A stretch of DNA of 64,000 nt, from assembly GCA_043228905.1 (NCBI GenBank), contig JBHGNT010000011.1, positions 20,398,001 through 20,462,000 on the forward strand, given 5' to 3'. This DNA is from Azolla caroliniana (taxonomy: Eukaryota > Plantae > Polypodiophyta). Both the position numbers and the translations under genes were made by a program. Below are positions 1 through 13,800 of this stretch, one piece after another. How positions within the stretch are numbered: the stretch's first letter is position 1; every line of letters starts with the position of its first letter. Below the pieces are notes generated by a model. The model saw nothing but the letters and a program-made list of their open reading frames with translations. It was not told the origin of the DNA and searched no databases.

Positions 1-10
1 ATTTCATTAC

Positions 11-1091
11 CATCTGGATCAGCCATTCTTGCCATTTGAAGGGCATCTGAATTCGCCAAATCTGCATTGGCAGGAGATACTGCTAAAATGATGCAAGTCT
101 CGTGTTTGATGTAGGAAAGAATCATAGCCCTTACTCGAGACTCTATATCAGTAGGTTGATCACCTACTGGAACCTTAGTAATACCAGGTAAATCTACTAA
201 CGTTATAGTTAATACATGCGGAGAGAAGATTTTCAGCCGAATTTGCTTGTCTGATATGCCTTTATTGGATCCTAGTTCCCTCTCAGTCTCTGCCTGCAAG
301 GCAAAAGAAGTTTGTAACATAAACAAAGGCAATAGCAAGTGCTTTTTCATTCTCTTAAAGTTCAAAGAAAAGCAACCATGCAATCTTAGAATAAAATCAG
401 AAAACAAGAAATAGCGAAATACCCCTGAGTTTTGTTTATTGCCCTAAATACCCCTAAGTTTTCATTATTTCCCCATTACAAATGCTATTTACGCAATGAT
501 ATGGTCAATACATCCCCTTCTTCTCTTTCCCATGGGTTGACCAAGGTATTTGGGGGAACAACAAAAAATAGGTGCATTTAGTGGGGGGAAATCCTGGTAT
601 TTCAGATTTTTTCCCAATTAAGAATTTCTACATCAATAGAAAAACCTCAACAAAGTAAGACAAAAAGAAAAAGAAACCTGAATTTCCTTGCGGATTAACG
701 AAAAGTCTGTAAAGCGCTTTCCAGGAGTGTGTAAGAATTCACCCCATTCTTCGACCTCTGACTTTTCATCTTGACGTTGAGGTAGCTGAATCAATTGCAA
801 TACAAGAGGTCTACGTGTGCATATATCCGTTCCTCGAGGCAAGAAATCACGACCCACAAGGGCTTCTAAAACACTAGATTTTCCACTACTCTGGCTTCCA
901 ACTACTGCCACTTGAGGAAGATCGATAGTGGATGCACTCCCAAGCTGTGCAAAAATGTCTTGTAACTTGTTCACTAAGGGAATAACGGACTGACCAATTG
1001 AAACACTAGGAGTATTTCTGGAAATAGACCCAATGGGATCTGCATTCTGGAAGATCGTCTGGCTTATTTCACTTTCTTCATAGTCTTCCAT
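11..1091 (-). CDS. DRP3: Dynamin-related GTPase, DRP3-type (mitochondrial/peroxisomal fission). First two coding exons only; the gene continues beyond the window start.
   Basis: Exon 1091..678 encodes [11 protein letters not shown], the P-loop [14 protein letters not shown] and [11 protein letters not shown]. Exon 293..11 encodes [17 protein letters not shown] and [11 protein letters not shown]. Both junctions are GT-AG and in phase. A probable 5'UTR intron spans 2174..1115. Confidence 0.92.
405..615. mobile_element. Degenerate Mutator-like MITE in a DRP3 intron
   Basis: AATACCCCT motifs on the left, a GGTATTT...TTTTCCC end on the right. Resembles the ends of the cleaner element at 41940-42252. 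Confidence 0.35.
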
Positions 1092-2761
1092 GGTTTTTAA
1101 ACACTTTCAAGCACCTTGTGAAAAGAACAAATGATCGACGTTGTCTCCCTTGCTTCTTTGTTGTATATCAATAACCCAATTTGTACCTATATGCCACATA
1201 CATTCACATATATCTAAGGTTAGAAAGTAAGTAGGGTGAATAATCACGAAGTTGGAACAAATGAGCAACATTCATAATCAAGCATGTGTGTTTAACAGTG
1301 ATAAAGTTAAAAGAGAAGCACAGGTGATGAAGCCAATACAGATGAGCAACATATAGAATCACGCATGTGTTAGTCATGTATCAATGAGGAAGTTAAAAAC
1401 AGATGAAAATGCATACATAATCAAGCATGTATAGTTAATAATGATGGAGTCAAAGAAAGTGGAAAAACCATGCATAATTGTTCATGTAAGGTCAATAAGG
1501 ATGTAGTTGATACAAATGAAAAGCATACATGCTCAATGTATTTAAGATCAACAATGATGGAGCTGAAACAGATTAGCAACATAGAGGCCCAAGTCTCATA
1601 TGCCATTTGTTAACACAAATTATACATATACCACATTCATACACATGATTCGCAAGGCAGAAATAGTAAGTTAATATCAAAGACCAAGTTGAAATAGTTA
1701 CAAAATCATAAAGAATCAATCTATGTATAATTAACAAGGATATAATTAGAATTGAAACGGATGAGAGAAACAACACAAATACTCAAGGGCATGGAAAGTA
1801 AAAAAAACAAATAGAATCTATATAAAAAAGAGTGAAGAATCTAAACATATTGATAATCAGATACATAAAAACCCATTGATTATTCAAAAAGATTTCATTT
1901 TGTACATGAAACTGTGCGTCATTATAGACGGATTTGTCCAAGAAGTATGGATTTGAACAGAAAATGGCAATGCAAACAAGAGAAGAGGACAAAAGCGCAA
2001 ATGAACGAATCATTCAAATAGACAAAGTCACAAGAAGAAGAAGAAGAAGAAGAAGAAATCGACCATCAAGAAAATCGAGACGGTCTATTTCCCTGTATTT
2101 TTTTCTTCTGAGAGAAATTAGAGTTTGATCAGACAGCACAAGAGACACAAACAGACAGATAGACAGAGAGATACCTGCGTTCCACCGATAGCTTCCCTGT
2201 AAGAATGGAATAATACAGTGTTTTTGTTTTCTTCTTGCTTTATTTGCCAATTTTATGTAAGTTTATTTTATTTAAAATAAGAATTGGGCCCTGAGAGCCT
2301 AGAGGTTGTGCTCTTTTTTTGTTTTGCAATTTATGGTAAATTACGAAACTATGCTCCCCCCCCCCCCCCCCCCCTTCACTTATTCGGCACCACCACACAA
2401 AAAATCACACACAAACACAAACAAATCTATGGCTTAAGCCGTGTTGTGTTGCCTTCCATCAACAACATTAACAATCTCGAGATGCAGCCTTGAGTTTACT
2501 TACGTGGAGAAACAGTTCAAGATTTCCACGTTCTTAATTGCTTTCTAACTTAGTTGCCAACTATTTAGTGCCCGCTTCGCCTTATCTTTTCCGATGACGG
2601 TGATGTTGGTTGGGCACTAGCTACCAAAAGGATCGAGCCTAGATTCAAAATAAAGGGGCAAGTGACAAAAAAGAAGAGACAAAGATCTTGTGGCCACTAC
2701 ACTGCAAAAGTACCCAAATAATGTTGAAAAATACTATAAAGGTCACTTTTGGTGCTCCTTC

Positions 2762-2764
<3 letters not shown>

Positions 2765-2822
<58 letters not shown>

Positions 2823-3090
2823 TTAGCTTACCCTATTACTAAGTTGTTACACTACAAGCCACTACGTCTTGGGTTTGAAACCCAAATTTACTCACCTCTC
2901 TAATTATATACTTCATACTTATCTCTTAATTCACTGGATGCCACTGTGGAATGTAGGGCTCTCTCTCTCTCTCTCTCATCGTAATTAGCTTACCCTAGTG
3001 GTAAGTTTTTACACTACATGCACTATGTCTTGGGTTCGAAACCCAATTCTCTCACTTCTCTATTACATACTTCATACATCTCTCTCTTTG
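2765..3090 (+). repeat. (CT)n tracts, each followed by one of two copies of a ~105-bp tRNA-like (SINE-head-like) unit
   Basis: Copies at about 2821-2926 and 2983-3087. Copy 2 has CCTAGTGGTAAG (A-box-like) and TTGGGTTCGAAACCCAA (B-box/T-arm hairpin). Confidence 0.5.
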
Positions 3091-3699
3091 TGTGTCGTAA
3101 AGCTCTTAGACTACCAACACAATGCCTTGGGTCCAAGGCTTGACATTCACAACCCTTTTTTGCATTGTACATAATTTTTCTTAATTTAGTAGATGCTACT
3201 GTGCAATGTAGGGGTTAACCACAACAACGTCACAAAGCCTAGGCCCTCGTCATTTAGCCAAACTTTGAACCTTAAGTTGAATGGGGCTCATGTGTTCTTT
3301 GTTAGGTGTTGTGCGGGAACACATGCTTGTCGCATTAGAACATGTCTAGAATATGTGAGTAGCATGTTTTTTTCCTAGACCGAATAGGTGATGTGATGTG
3401 AATGCATGGTATTTACTAGAGCATGTTTGTGCAATCTAAGCAATAGCTTTTTGCTAAAGAAGTAAAGTGCAATGGTTTGAGAACACACTCTTTGTTACAA
3501 ACGTGCTATTTTTGCTTAAGTGTTGCGTTATCATATTGAAATCATGGGATTTGTATGTTCTATGACCAATGTTGTAGGGGTAGCTAGACAATGTTAGTTC
3601 TTTATTTACAAAACAACAAGCCTTTGTTTTGCCCTATGTTTGATGAGTCTTGTAAGAATGTTTCATCGTAGCACCACAAGTCTCGTTTATGTTCGTCAA

Positions 3700-4850
3700 A
3701 CTTCAAAGGGATACGCCTTGGTATTACAAAATCATAAGAAATACAAAAGGTGTGTTGGATAAACGAGTATACCAACCGACTCCATTGTACTCACATCATA
3801 GCCAATTTGATGTGTATAGACAATAACTACACATATTTGTTTATGGACACTCTATTGTTACAGATTTTGGTGGTATAGGTTACATTGCATGATTAGTTGC
3901 AATTTGGGAGGAGTAGACCATAAAAATCTTGGAGATATGGTGTACAAATATGTGTAGTTCTTGTATATACACATCAAATCGGCTATGATGTGAGCACAAT
4001 GGAGGCGGTTAGTATTCTCCTTGATCTAACACTACTTTTGTATTTCTTGTGATTTTATAATACCAAGGTGTATCTCTTTTGAAAAGAAAAGAAAAACTAC
4101 ACATATTGTACACCATATCTCCAAGATTTTTATGGTCTACTCCTCCCGCTCTCCAAATGAGCATGCAATGTAATCTGTAGCAACAGAATCCATAAACAAA
4201 GTTAGTAGACATTGTTTCCCAAAATGATGGGAACAATATACATCCATGTTATGTGATCTCCATCTTCCCTAAAAATGAGCATTGAATCCCGTAACCTTTT
4301 AAAATGCATTTGCTTCCTGAAAATGACATCAACACTGCATGTAAACCATTCGTACTGACCACGTAATGTATGAATAAGTAACAATCGGAATTCAACAATT
4401 ATTATAACAGAAACATCATGAGCGACGTTGTAAAAAATTGTTGTACATCGTATTGTGCCTTCCAAATTACCCACATTAGAATGATGAAATTGTCTCCAAA
4501 TAATATAATCCCTAAATTGCAAACTATCAAACATAAAAGGTTGAACCATTTACATACGAGGAGGAACTATGTGAAAGGCTTCCACCATATCCTCCTTCTC
4601 ATATAACAACAATTGTCCCTCTAGAATGCCCCACCTAATTGCACCCCAAGTGATCAAACAATTTGCATGTATCAATATCAGCAACCTTAATACTCTCTTC
4701 CATACTTGCGTAATTTTAGGACAAGACCACAATACATGTTTAATTGATTCCATCATACATCCACAACCAAATCCATGCGACTTACTATTTAGTTGTTGTA
4801 ACATGTTCATCAAACTTTAGTTCATGATCCACCGAACTATAGAGTGTGTC
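3700..4850 (-). mobile_element. LINE (non-LTR retrotransposon) 3' remnant with a nested opposite-strand copy of the same family at about 3841-4094
   Basis: ORF 4813..4550 contains a zf-RVT-like CCHC motif (CGCMMESIKHVLWSCPKITQVW). The nested copy ends in an A-rich tail and is flanked by AACTACACATAT(T)TGT direct repeats. Confidence 0.7.
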
Positions 4851-5569
4851 GAGGTCTCTTACTTCAAGGTGCCTTGGCTTTTGATGATGATGTTTTATGG
4901 ATAAAAATGATAATGTCGAGAGTGGCGGGTACAATGGAGTGGTGTAGAGGATCATAGTAAGAGGTTATGGGGGTAATAATGATGCAAAGGGTCAATGAGA
5001 CGGGGATAATGAGGTCAATATAAAGAAGGCATTAGAGTTACAATAACGGAGGTAATAGAAAGGTAGGTATAATTGAAAAATAACTAAATGATTAAATTAA
5101 AGGCGATGCAGAATGAGAAAGTGAACGATAGAATAAGGTGGGTCTAAGCTCTCTCTCTTGTTAGTCATCTCCTTAATTGTAAGTTATAAGCTTAATTTTT
5201 GTAATCTTCATAGCTTGTAATTATTCTAAATAGAGTAATAGAATGTAGCCTGAGCTGATGATTTATTGTCTCTCGCAATGTGGTAAAGTGTCTTCATGCT
5301 TAAGTGGTAAGATTTTGTCTATCGTGAATCATTAAAATCATAAAGTGAGATTAGAGTTGCTTTAGTAGTTCATCTATGTATAATTGGTTTGGTAGTGATT
5401 GACAATCATTCTCGCCCATATTGCCAACAAAAGGGTAGATGATGGTATGTCCCTGCACATCAACCTCGATAAGGCTCTCAATAGGAACACTCGAGTAAGA
5501 AGTAACTTTCAATAAGGAAAGGGAAAGACGTCATAGTTTATGTCTATTATCAAAACAACAAGAAGTCGG

Positions 5570-6500
5570 GTTGGAGTGTAGCCACACAATCAACGTTACA
5601 CCATCACCTTCTTAGAAAAATCATGCCAACATCTTCCAAATGCAATTGCATTATGTTAAACAAATGATGAGATGTGTGAGAGGCACCATGGACTGTTATA
5701 TATTTTATGACATAGAAGTTTCGGTTTGACTAGAATGGTATACTGATGCCCATTGGGTTGGTAGATCGAGAGATTATCAATTGACTTTAAGTGTTGCATT
5801 TTGCATATGATGTGGTGTTGTTGCCTGGGACAAATAAGAAGCAACCTATTCTGGCTTTTTCTTGCATATGGGCCAATAGAGGAGAATAACTATTGTTGCA
5901 TGTGAAGTCATTTGGCTCATGCAAATCCTAAAGTACGTCAACATATAACTCAAACCAATTCAAATCTATTGTGACAACCTCATCAACATACATACAATTG
6001 GCATGAACCTAGTGCTCCATGTGCACACAAAGCACATGGAAGTGCACTACCACTACATCCGAAATGCATTTGAAGTGGATAAACTTGGACAATTTTCAAC
6101 AACACTCAACTTATATTCTACTAGTCCATGAACTTGAGCGGGTTGCAAAATCAAATGAATCCAAGCTCTTCGTCCACATGATAATACAATGTAGCTGAGC
6201 TAGAAAGGGTGTGTTGAGATATCAAGTTGAACCAAACATGTGAATGCATGAGTGGTGGGGGCACACGTGCGTTAAAGACCACCACCTTATGTCATGTGTG
6301 GCCAATGGTCACCATCGTTATCATATACAATTAGGGACATTGTTGGTATTCAATGAAGAACATATTATGATATTCTACCCATTCTCTTTCATGATAGAAT
6401 GTGCTGAATAATATATAAACCAAGCCCCTCTCTTTATTTTTGGCATATGTTTAGGAATGTTCTCATCATGACATTCTATTTATTTGTTAGTACAAGGTGT
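5570..6500 (+). mobile_element. Degenerate Ty1/Copia RT-RNase H remnant with PPT and part of the 3' LTR
   Basis: Decayed YTDAHWVG and W..KKQP motifs at about 5735-5860 and a TKHMEVHYHYIR-like motif at about 6025-6060. A purine tract and TGTTG follow at about 6200-6218. Confidence 0.6.
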
Positions 6501-6514
6501 TGTCTTTGGTATAC

Positions 6515-7560
6515 TTTTTTTTTTTCATAAATAGTTTCTTTCATTATGAAAGAAAAAACACCACAATGATGCTTACAACGAAATATAGAACTCTAAGAAT
6601 CTAAATACTACTACGAACTCAATCCCATCCCCCACACCAATTCAAATGTCGAGTATGATGACATGTGACATTGCAAAGTTGGCTCTCTCTTTGTAGTTGA
6701 GATTCCATGACTTTTCTAACACTATCAATTGCCACAAAAAAGTCATTTTAACTTTTACAACATATTTTCTTACCCCAACATGCGGATCAAAAGTGAAAAC
6801 ATTGTGCATATTCCAATTGAGCCATAGCCCACAATACCTCAAGAACACTAAAATAAATTGGAAATTAGGCATCACTCCATTGTTCTCCATACGTGGAAAA
6901 ACCTGATTGAATGAAGATAGTTTTATAGTCAAAGACATCCACACTAAATTGATAAACCTCCAAACCACTATAGGCAACATCCATGAAAGAAATAAATTCC
7001 TACTATGTTCCAATTTTGTTAAATAAAAACAACACATTCCTCTAACAATGTTTCTTTTATTTAATGCATCCCCCAATGATAAAACTCCAACCATAACTCT
7101 CCAAATGATTACCTAAACAAATTGCATAAACCGGGAACACCAATCTACCTTGATCATATGAAACCACCAAGTAAGGGGCTCTCTCTCTTCCACACACACC
7201 AATGCATCAATAGATTCCTCCATGAATGAGACATGTTGCACCAAACTATACCACCATATTCTTCTCTGGTTCAAGAAACTACATTGTCAACATATGTTAG
7301 CGCTCATCCTTTTTATGCCAATCCCACCATTACTTCATTGCTTCAATACGACTATGCTTACATTCTCTTGAATGTGAGATAGAGCATTGGGGCACAATGA
7401 AGATACTCGTTAACCATGCAATCTTTTCCCTAACCAAGTGCCATAGTTAAAAGTATCACACTTTGATACAATGTGCTACAATCAACCACATTCAATTTTG
7501 CAATGTACACATTGTCCACTCCATCCACTCATTGTACACACATTCCTTCCACAATCAAAA
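6515..7560 (-). mobile_element. LINE 3' remnant with poly(A) tail
   Basis: ORF 7094..6642 resembles a decayed zf-RVT (WR...L..RNI...CCF...EH.RNLF). The T11 run at 6515-6525 is the A-tail on the minus strand. Confidence 0.6.
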
Positions 7561-8029
7561 TGTTTACTCTCAATTGCAACATCTAATAGCAAAATTCTTG
7601 AAATATAGAAGGATTCAAGCATAATATGTAAGATCAAATCATATCCTGCCATAACTATTAGATCATATTGGCATCACACAATTCTTCTATCTATATAAAA
7701 GGATGAAACAAAAATAGAAGGATTCAAGCATAATATGTAAGACCAAATCATGTTCACTCATAAATTGTAGGTTGTATGAGCACACTCACTAAGTGCATAT
7801 ACCAAACAATTCAAAGCATACACGGTGAATACCGTTTAACTTTGATTTAGAAAAAGTTTACATGAACCATATCCCTTGGATATAGATGTGATGCATAGGG
7901 AAAGGAAAACGACAAATATAATGGAAGGATTGATGTGGATGTTAAGTTTAAAGACACAAGCCAAGGTGTATAGAAATTATAATTCTAATGGCATCGAAAT
8001 GAATTAAAGGTTATATAGTTTTTTTTACA

Positions 8030-8404
8030 TCAAGCACTAGGGGCAACATGGGATCTATGAAAAGCCTCATCAATGTCGTTGTGAGGCAAGAGCCAACGTA
8101 GGACAACTGGAGGATGATGACCTACGAAGTAGTGGTAGCCCCAAGACATGGCAGATGCGACGGCGATGGCGACACCACCGGAGGTGAGGGTGAAGGTGAT
8201 GCCAACCAATAAGAGGCCACCAAGTGGCACAAGCACAGGGCTCAAGAAGACTGCAACAAGTAATATGAGTGTGATGCATACAAGAGACGCGACCGCAATG
8301 ACAAGGAGAATCCCGCCGGCAGTGACCAACTCCACAAACCCCAACACTTGCACCGACATACCCAACACGTGGGTCCCATCTTCTTGATGATGAAGACTGG
8401 ACAT
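8030..8404 (-). CDS. Oleosin-like oil-body protein, intronless, with an atypical proline knot (may be degenerate)
   Basis: Long uncharged hydrophobic stretch TAGGILL...FLSPVLVP...TSGG...SWGYHYFVGHHPP. It matches the oleosin hairpin and the W-x-Y-x-Y-x-x-G-x-HPP flank. Confidence 0.8.
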   Translation of the reverse strand: MSSLHHQEDGTHVLGMSVQVLGFVELVTAGGILLVIAVASLVCITLILLVAVFLSPVLVPLGGLLLVGITFTLTSGGVAIAVASAMSWGYHYFVGHHPPVVLRWLLPHNDIDEAFHRSHVAPSA

Positions 8405-10876
8405 ACTTACATCGGGGGCGTCCTATTTGTACATGCAATCTTCTCTACATCCGCACAAAGGTCTAGTTTTTAGTCAATCATCATCTCTTTCACTTTTCTT
8501 GTGGAGTAGTTATTATGTTACGCATTTATTTTTGTTTGTTTTATCAAATTTATTTGTCATCTTTCTAAAACGGGCTGAAATATCCACACGAGTAGCTAGA
8601 GCTTTCCGTTTGCCATTTATACTTACCCAAAAGCCGCTTCTTTGGGGGATTTGTCTATCCATATTTATCCACAATTTATTACTAACTTTTTAAACCCAAA
8701 GACACAACCTAAGTGCCCCCCTCCCCAACAAACACACACACACACACACACACACATAACTTTTTCCATTTTTATCTATGTTCACATTGGAATGCACCCA
8801 AAAACAACCAGATGTTAATGTGATTACAAGTTCAACGTCCACTTGGTGATGTGTTCTTTATCTTTGATTCCAAGTTCGGCACAAGGTGATTAATTGATTC
8901 CACTTTGCAAGTGTTTATAGTACTTGTTTCTAGGAAATGTTCTTTACCTCCCAATTCCACACATATCAAATCCAAATTAGCACAATTATGATGGTATCAA
9001 ATTTCACTTCTTAGTACAATACTTATGCGTTCATTTCTTCACAATCATGTTATTTCAAGTCGAGGCTCAATCCAATAGACTCCCATTGCTTGTGAATACC
9101 TTTAGGGGTAAAGTATTGTACATATTGGAAGTTCTAGATTTAGAGATGAGAGATGAGACTTCAAACGTTTTTCCATTTTACCTTTAGTAACACCCAACGC
9201 ATCTTGCACATAACTTATTACATACTCAACGTTTGGTATAATTCCCATGGTATATTTCCAAATTGAAATGCAACATTCTTAAATGTATGCATCATATCAA
9301 TAACACAATAAATGAGAGAGAGAGAGAGATGATTATGATGATGATGATATAATTGACCTTGGAGCCTATAGGACACATATCAAAGAGTTATTATTTGTTC
9401 TTTGAGGAAAAACATAACCGATGCGACCAAAAATGTGCATTTCCATGGAATACCAATGAGACACAAAGTCTCTTGAAACTTGATATTGCATTGCAATCTC
9501 GCGTGAGTGAATGAGTCTGATGATGGTGATGATAATCTGATATCCAATTGATGAAAGGTTAAATAGAACTTTTGAAGGTCAGAAAATGGAGACATGGACA
9601 AATGGGAGATATCCAATATATATATATATATAAGAACATTATACATGTATATATAAGACTAAAAACTTGCGGCCACTTCTTTGAGCAAGAGGAATCCATA
9701 GTCATAGTCAATGTGCTCACCTGAAATCTTGACCACAAATTCATTCTTCACAACATAACTAAAATTTGTTTTTTGTTATGTGTGTCACTAAGTTTCTTAA
9801 TGAAAATATTATCATTAAAATGCCCTTGGGTAATGTAGCAATGCCATTGTGCCCACTTAAAAACCATCGAATAGTTGGTTGTCATGACAACAAATAACAA
9901 ATCTCCACACACTTCATACCACACACTTCATACCACACACTTCATACCCACCTCCAGGCAATGCGGCCTCACATGCTCTCCTAATGAACAATGACGATTT
10001 GGGGATAATATATGTTTATTGTTTTATATTGACCGGCTCTACATACTAATGACACAGTGAAGATTAAAATACTTAATCCATGATCTCCCTAATATTTGGC
10101 TTGGATGAGATGATTAACCCTGCTCTTCTATGCACTAACTCTGTATATATACATGCATGCTCTCTACTCTGAGCATAAAAAATAACTCACAGAAACCAGA
10201 AAAGAGTTGTCACAAAGTATCACACTAACCTGATCTCTGTTTAGGGATTGTCCTCTTGAAACATTTTGATGACTTCCATTGATCCCATTACTGACTCTGG
10301 CAAACAATAATACATCATCATCTTGCTCTCATATCATCTCATACCAAGAGCAGTTTATATCGGCTTAGTTATTTAATGCTCCTATTTTTTCAAAAGCTTA
10401 CACTTACACAAAGCATAGCGCATAATTGATACAGGATTAGACGATGAAGAGTAAGTGTTATAACAAACATTTCAAGAGTTCTGTTCAGTTTTCGTGAATA
10501 TAAAGACTTATTTACCCTCTGATGTTGTACACCAGACACAGTTTATTGCAATTGAAAACAAATGAATCCAATCATATGGATGATAACTTAATTAACAATT
10601 TCTGATTAAATAATCAATGAATACATTATATGATCTTACTGAATCAGAATAAGACCGTATTTTCCATCCTTCCGATTCAACATTTTCTTTACAAACAAGC
10701 TTCAAATTTTTTTTTGTAAGAATACAAAACAATCAAAAGAAAAGAATTGACTTTTATTGTAAAAGGGCTTTGATTCAAGATTGCCTCTAAAAAGCTCTCC
10801 ACTGGATTTGATAAGATACAAGCAGTAAAAATACTTTCCTCGCTTGTAATTCTTTGGATAGAGCTCTTTAATATAT

Positions 10877-13800
10877 TCACTCTCGGCATTCGACTATTTC
10901 CACTTTCTTCAAGCATGCCATGTATGTGAAATAAATTGTCCAAAGAAAAGAGAATGAATTGCTCACTAATGGCTGCGTTTCAAAACAGATAAAAAATTGT
11001 AAGAATATATATATATATATAAAGCCAAATAGAAGAATGATGTTATGTGTTTAATATATCTCATGAAGTGTTTTACCTGAAGATGAACTGGCACATAACG
11101 ATAGGTTACAAAATCGCATGCGGGCCAATATAGAAGTCCGCTTTTAATTGTCCTAAAATAGTCTCTCCTGAGACGTGATATGATCTCATCTACTGATTCG
11201 CCTAAGAAAAAGGAAATAAAAAAGAGTGCATTTTAAATGGCTGTTAAGTCCTAATTTCTTGAACAAGAATTGTTACCATAATATTCATTCATTAAAGTCC
11301 TAGAAAAAAAAGTCATCTGCAATTCACTAGTATTATTTATTACCTTGAACGAAAGCATTAAGTGAGAAGAAAACCACTGTGAATATTGGGCCATAGATCA
11401 ACTGCCCCATTGCCATCTTCTTCAGCGTACTAACCAAATCGCGCTTCGGAACATGTCTTGAAACAAAATTGAACCAGAAATGCAATGAGGGCCCTGATAT
11501 GAACAGCCCCGCAGCAAACATGCGTGCTGCCCTTTTAACATCCCACCCAACTTCCTCAGGCTGCTCTGATTGCCACTTGCTGATACTCTGTAATGTTTTA
11601 AAGGGTAGTATATACAAACGCATCTGAATAGTATTTCTAGAGCCAAACCAAAACTGGCCAGTCAAACTAGATTGTGTATCAATTAAATTTGATATTTTGA
11701 GCTTAACGAAAAAGACTTACCCAGAAATCATGCCATGTTATGGACCTAATCATTGAATCATACTTTAAGAATAAAGGTGTCTCAAGAGTGACACGTTTTT
11801 AAATGAAATTTATTCTAGAATATCTTTAGATGAAATAGGACATGGGGGGCCAATGTATGCATTGGAGATAAAGGTGCCTTTATAGAGACTCATCTTCTCG
11901 CACTGATGAGAGATGGTTTCTCGGTTTGACTGAACGACATGAACCCATAGCTTTCAGTTTCAACTTTTGCTTCAAACATTAGTGGCATACTGCATCACAT
12001 CAGCTACAATGGCATGGAGTGAATTGTCGACATGGGTTAATTCAATTCTGTATAAACAAGAAGAGAGGGTGAAGGATGTGACTTCTGAGCCATTTCAAGT
12101 TAATGAAATCGAGATTAAACAGTTGGCACATTATTGAATCCACAGCCTTTGGCTAGCCACAATCTTAATGACTGATGTCTTGACATAGACTTGGTTTGTG
12201 ATTATATAAAGAGTTAGGTACCCTTTGCATGTCTTTTTCATGATTCTTCTACACTAAAGTCATACTGTACAGCTTGATCATCCATATTGTGGACATCACC
12301 ATATGCTCTTGAGTACGAGCAGTTGCAGTGGTATGGGATGCATAAACTGCTCTAGACAGCTAATGAGTTCTAGTTGCTTGGGGGATCTGGCGTTTGATAG
12401 AGAATAATACACTAAAGAGCCCCTAACAGTGATACATGCAGTATATAGAACAATAGAAGGGGGTGGTAATATCATATACTATATCATGCGCATAGAAAAG
12501 AGATGATAACATCATTAGCAGGAACAAGGCGATAATATCAAACGAAGGTATTCTCTATAACGGAAAGGGCAATCTTGCTCAAAAATAGTTAAAAGGTGGG
12601 AAACCTATAAAGGGCAAAATGGCGACACAAGCAATATTTTGATTCAACCAAAAGACAAGTGTAATCAGGATGGGTGGCAGCAAGAAAGAAAGATATATTA
12701 ACATCCAAGAGTCCAAAATAGCATGTAAAAACAAAGGATTACATCTTAAAATGTTGTCTTGTCTTCCAAAAAATGAAGATATGAGAAGCATTCAGAAAAT
12801 GATTATATACACAACGAAAAACAATTATATGTGCACATGCCACAACTGGAAGTGAACAATTTAAATTGGATGTCATATAGAACAAGAAAAGTTAGAGCTT
12901 TCTAGTTGTGCAAAGAAACAACATGAAGAGCTTTCTAGTTGTGGCAAAGAAACAATATGAAGAGATTACAAAAAATAACTATATACACAAAGCAAAACAG
13001 TTACACATGCACACACTCAAAGTGAGTAAGCTAAATAGGAAGTCAGATATCAAGAAGTTGAGAAGGAAACCTACATATATATAACATATGAACTATATAA
13101 GAGATTGAGGTATAATGCAAAAATTCTGGGATACATAAATCATAGTAGAAGGGCAGAGTTTAAATGAGAACAATGGTACATCAGAAAGCAATTAGCATTT
13201 ACAGATTCACGGTTAAAGAAATTTACTATTATGGACAATCAGATTTAGTACCCCATATCAAACGAGAAAGAAAAGCCAGTGTAGAATACTTCATCTCAAA
13301 TAGATGCAACTTGCACAGGAAGAAAGAAAGATTTGAGGCTAAAATGTCCTATAAGACCAAAAGAGAAATTATAACTTTAAATATTGTGTCATCTTGGACA
13401 AAATAAACCAAAATAAAATATAACTGGATGAGTAAAGTTGCGTAGGGCAGGTAACAAATATTGCTGTTAGATAAGCACTTACTATCACGAGCCTTTCCTT
13501 CAAAAGGTCGCCAGGATAAGCTGATCTTGTATGAAAAAGTCTCCGAAGCAAGGAAAATACCTTTTCCTGTCTGGCGATAATGGCCTTGATTTACAACAAG
13601 GGTGCCAGAATGTCCAGATGGACTAGGTCTATGAAAAACCTCTATTGCCCGATCCGTTATAACCCCTCTTGAACGTTGTGTTTGAAACTTTAATTGCTGT
13701 CGTAGAGGAAAGGGTCACACATGTGTATGTCATGTGTTCAACATAGCATGTGTTTACGTATAAAGATAGGAGTTGCCTATTAGGGGAACTCAACATTGGT

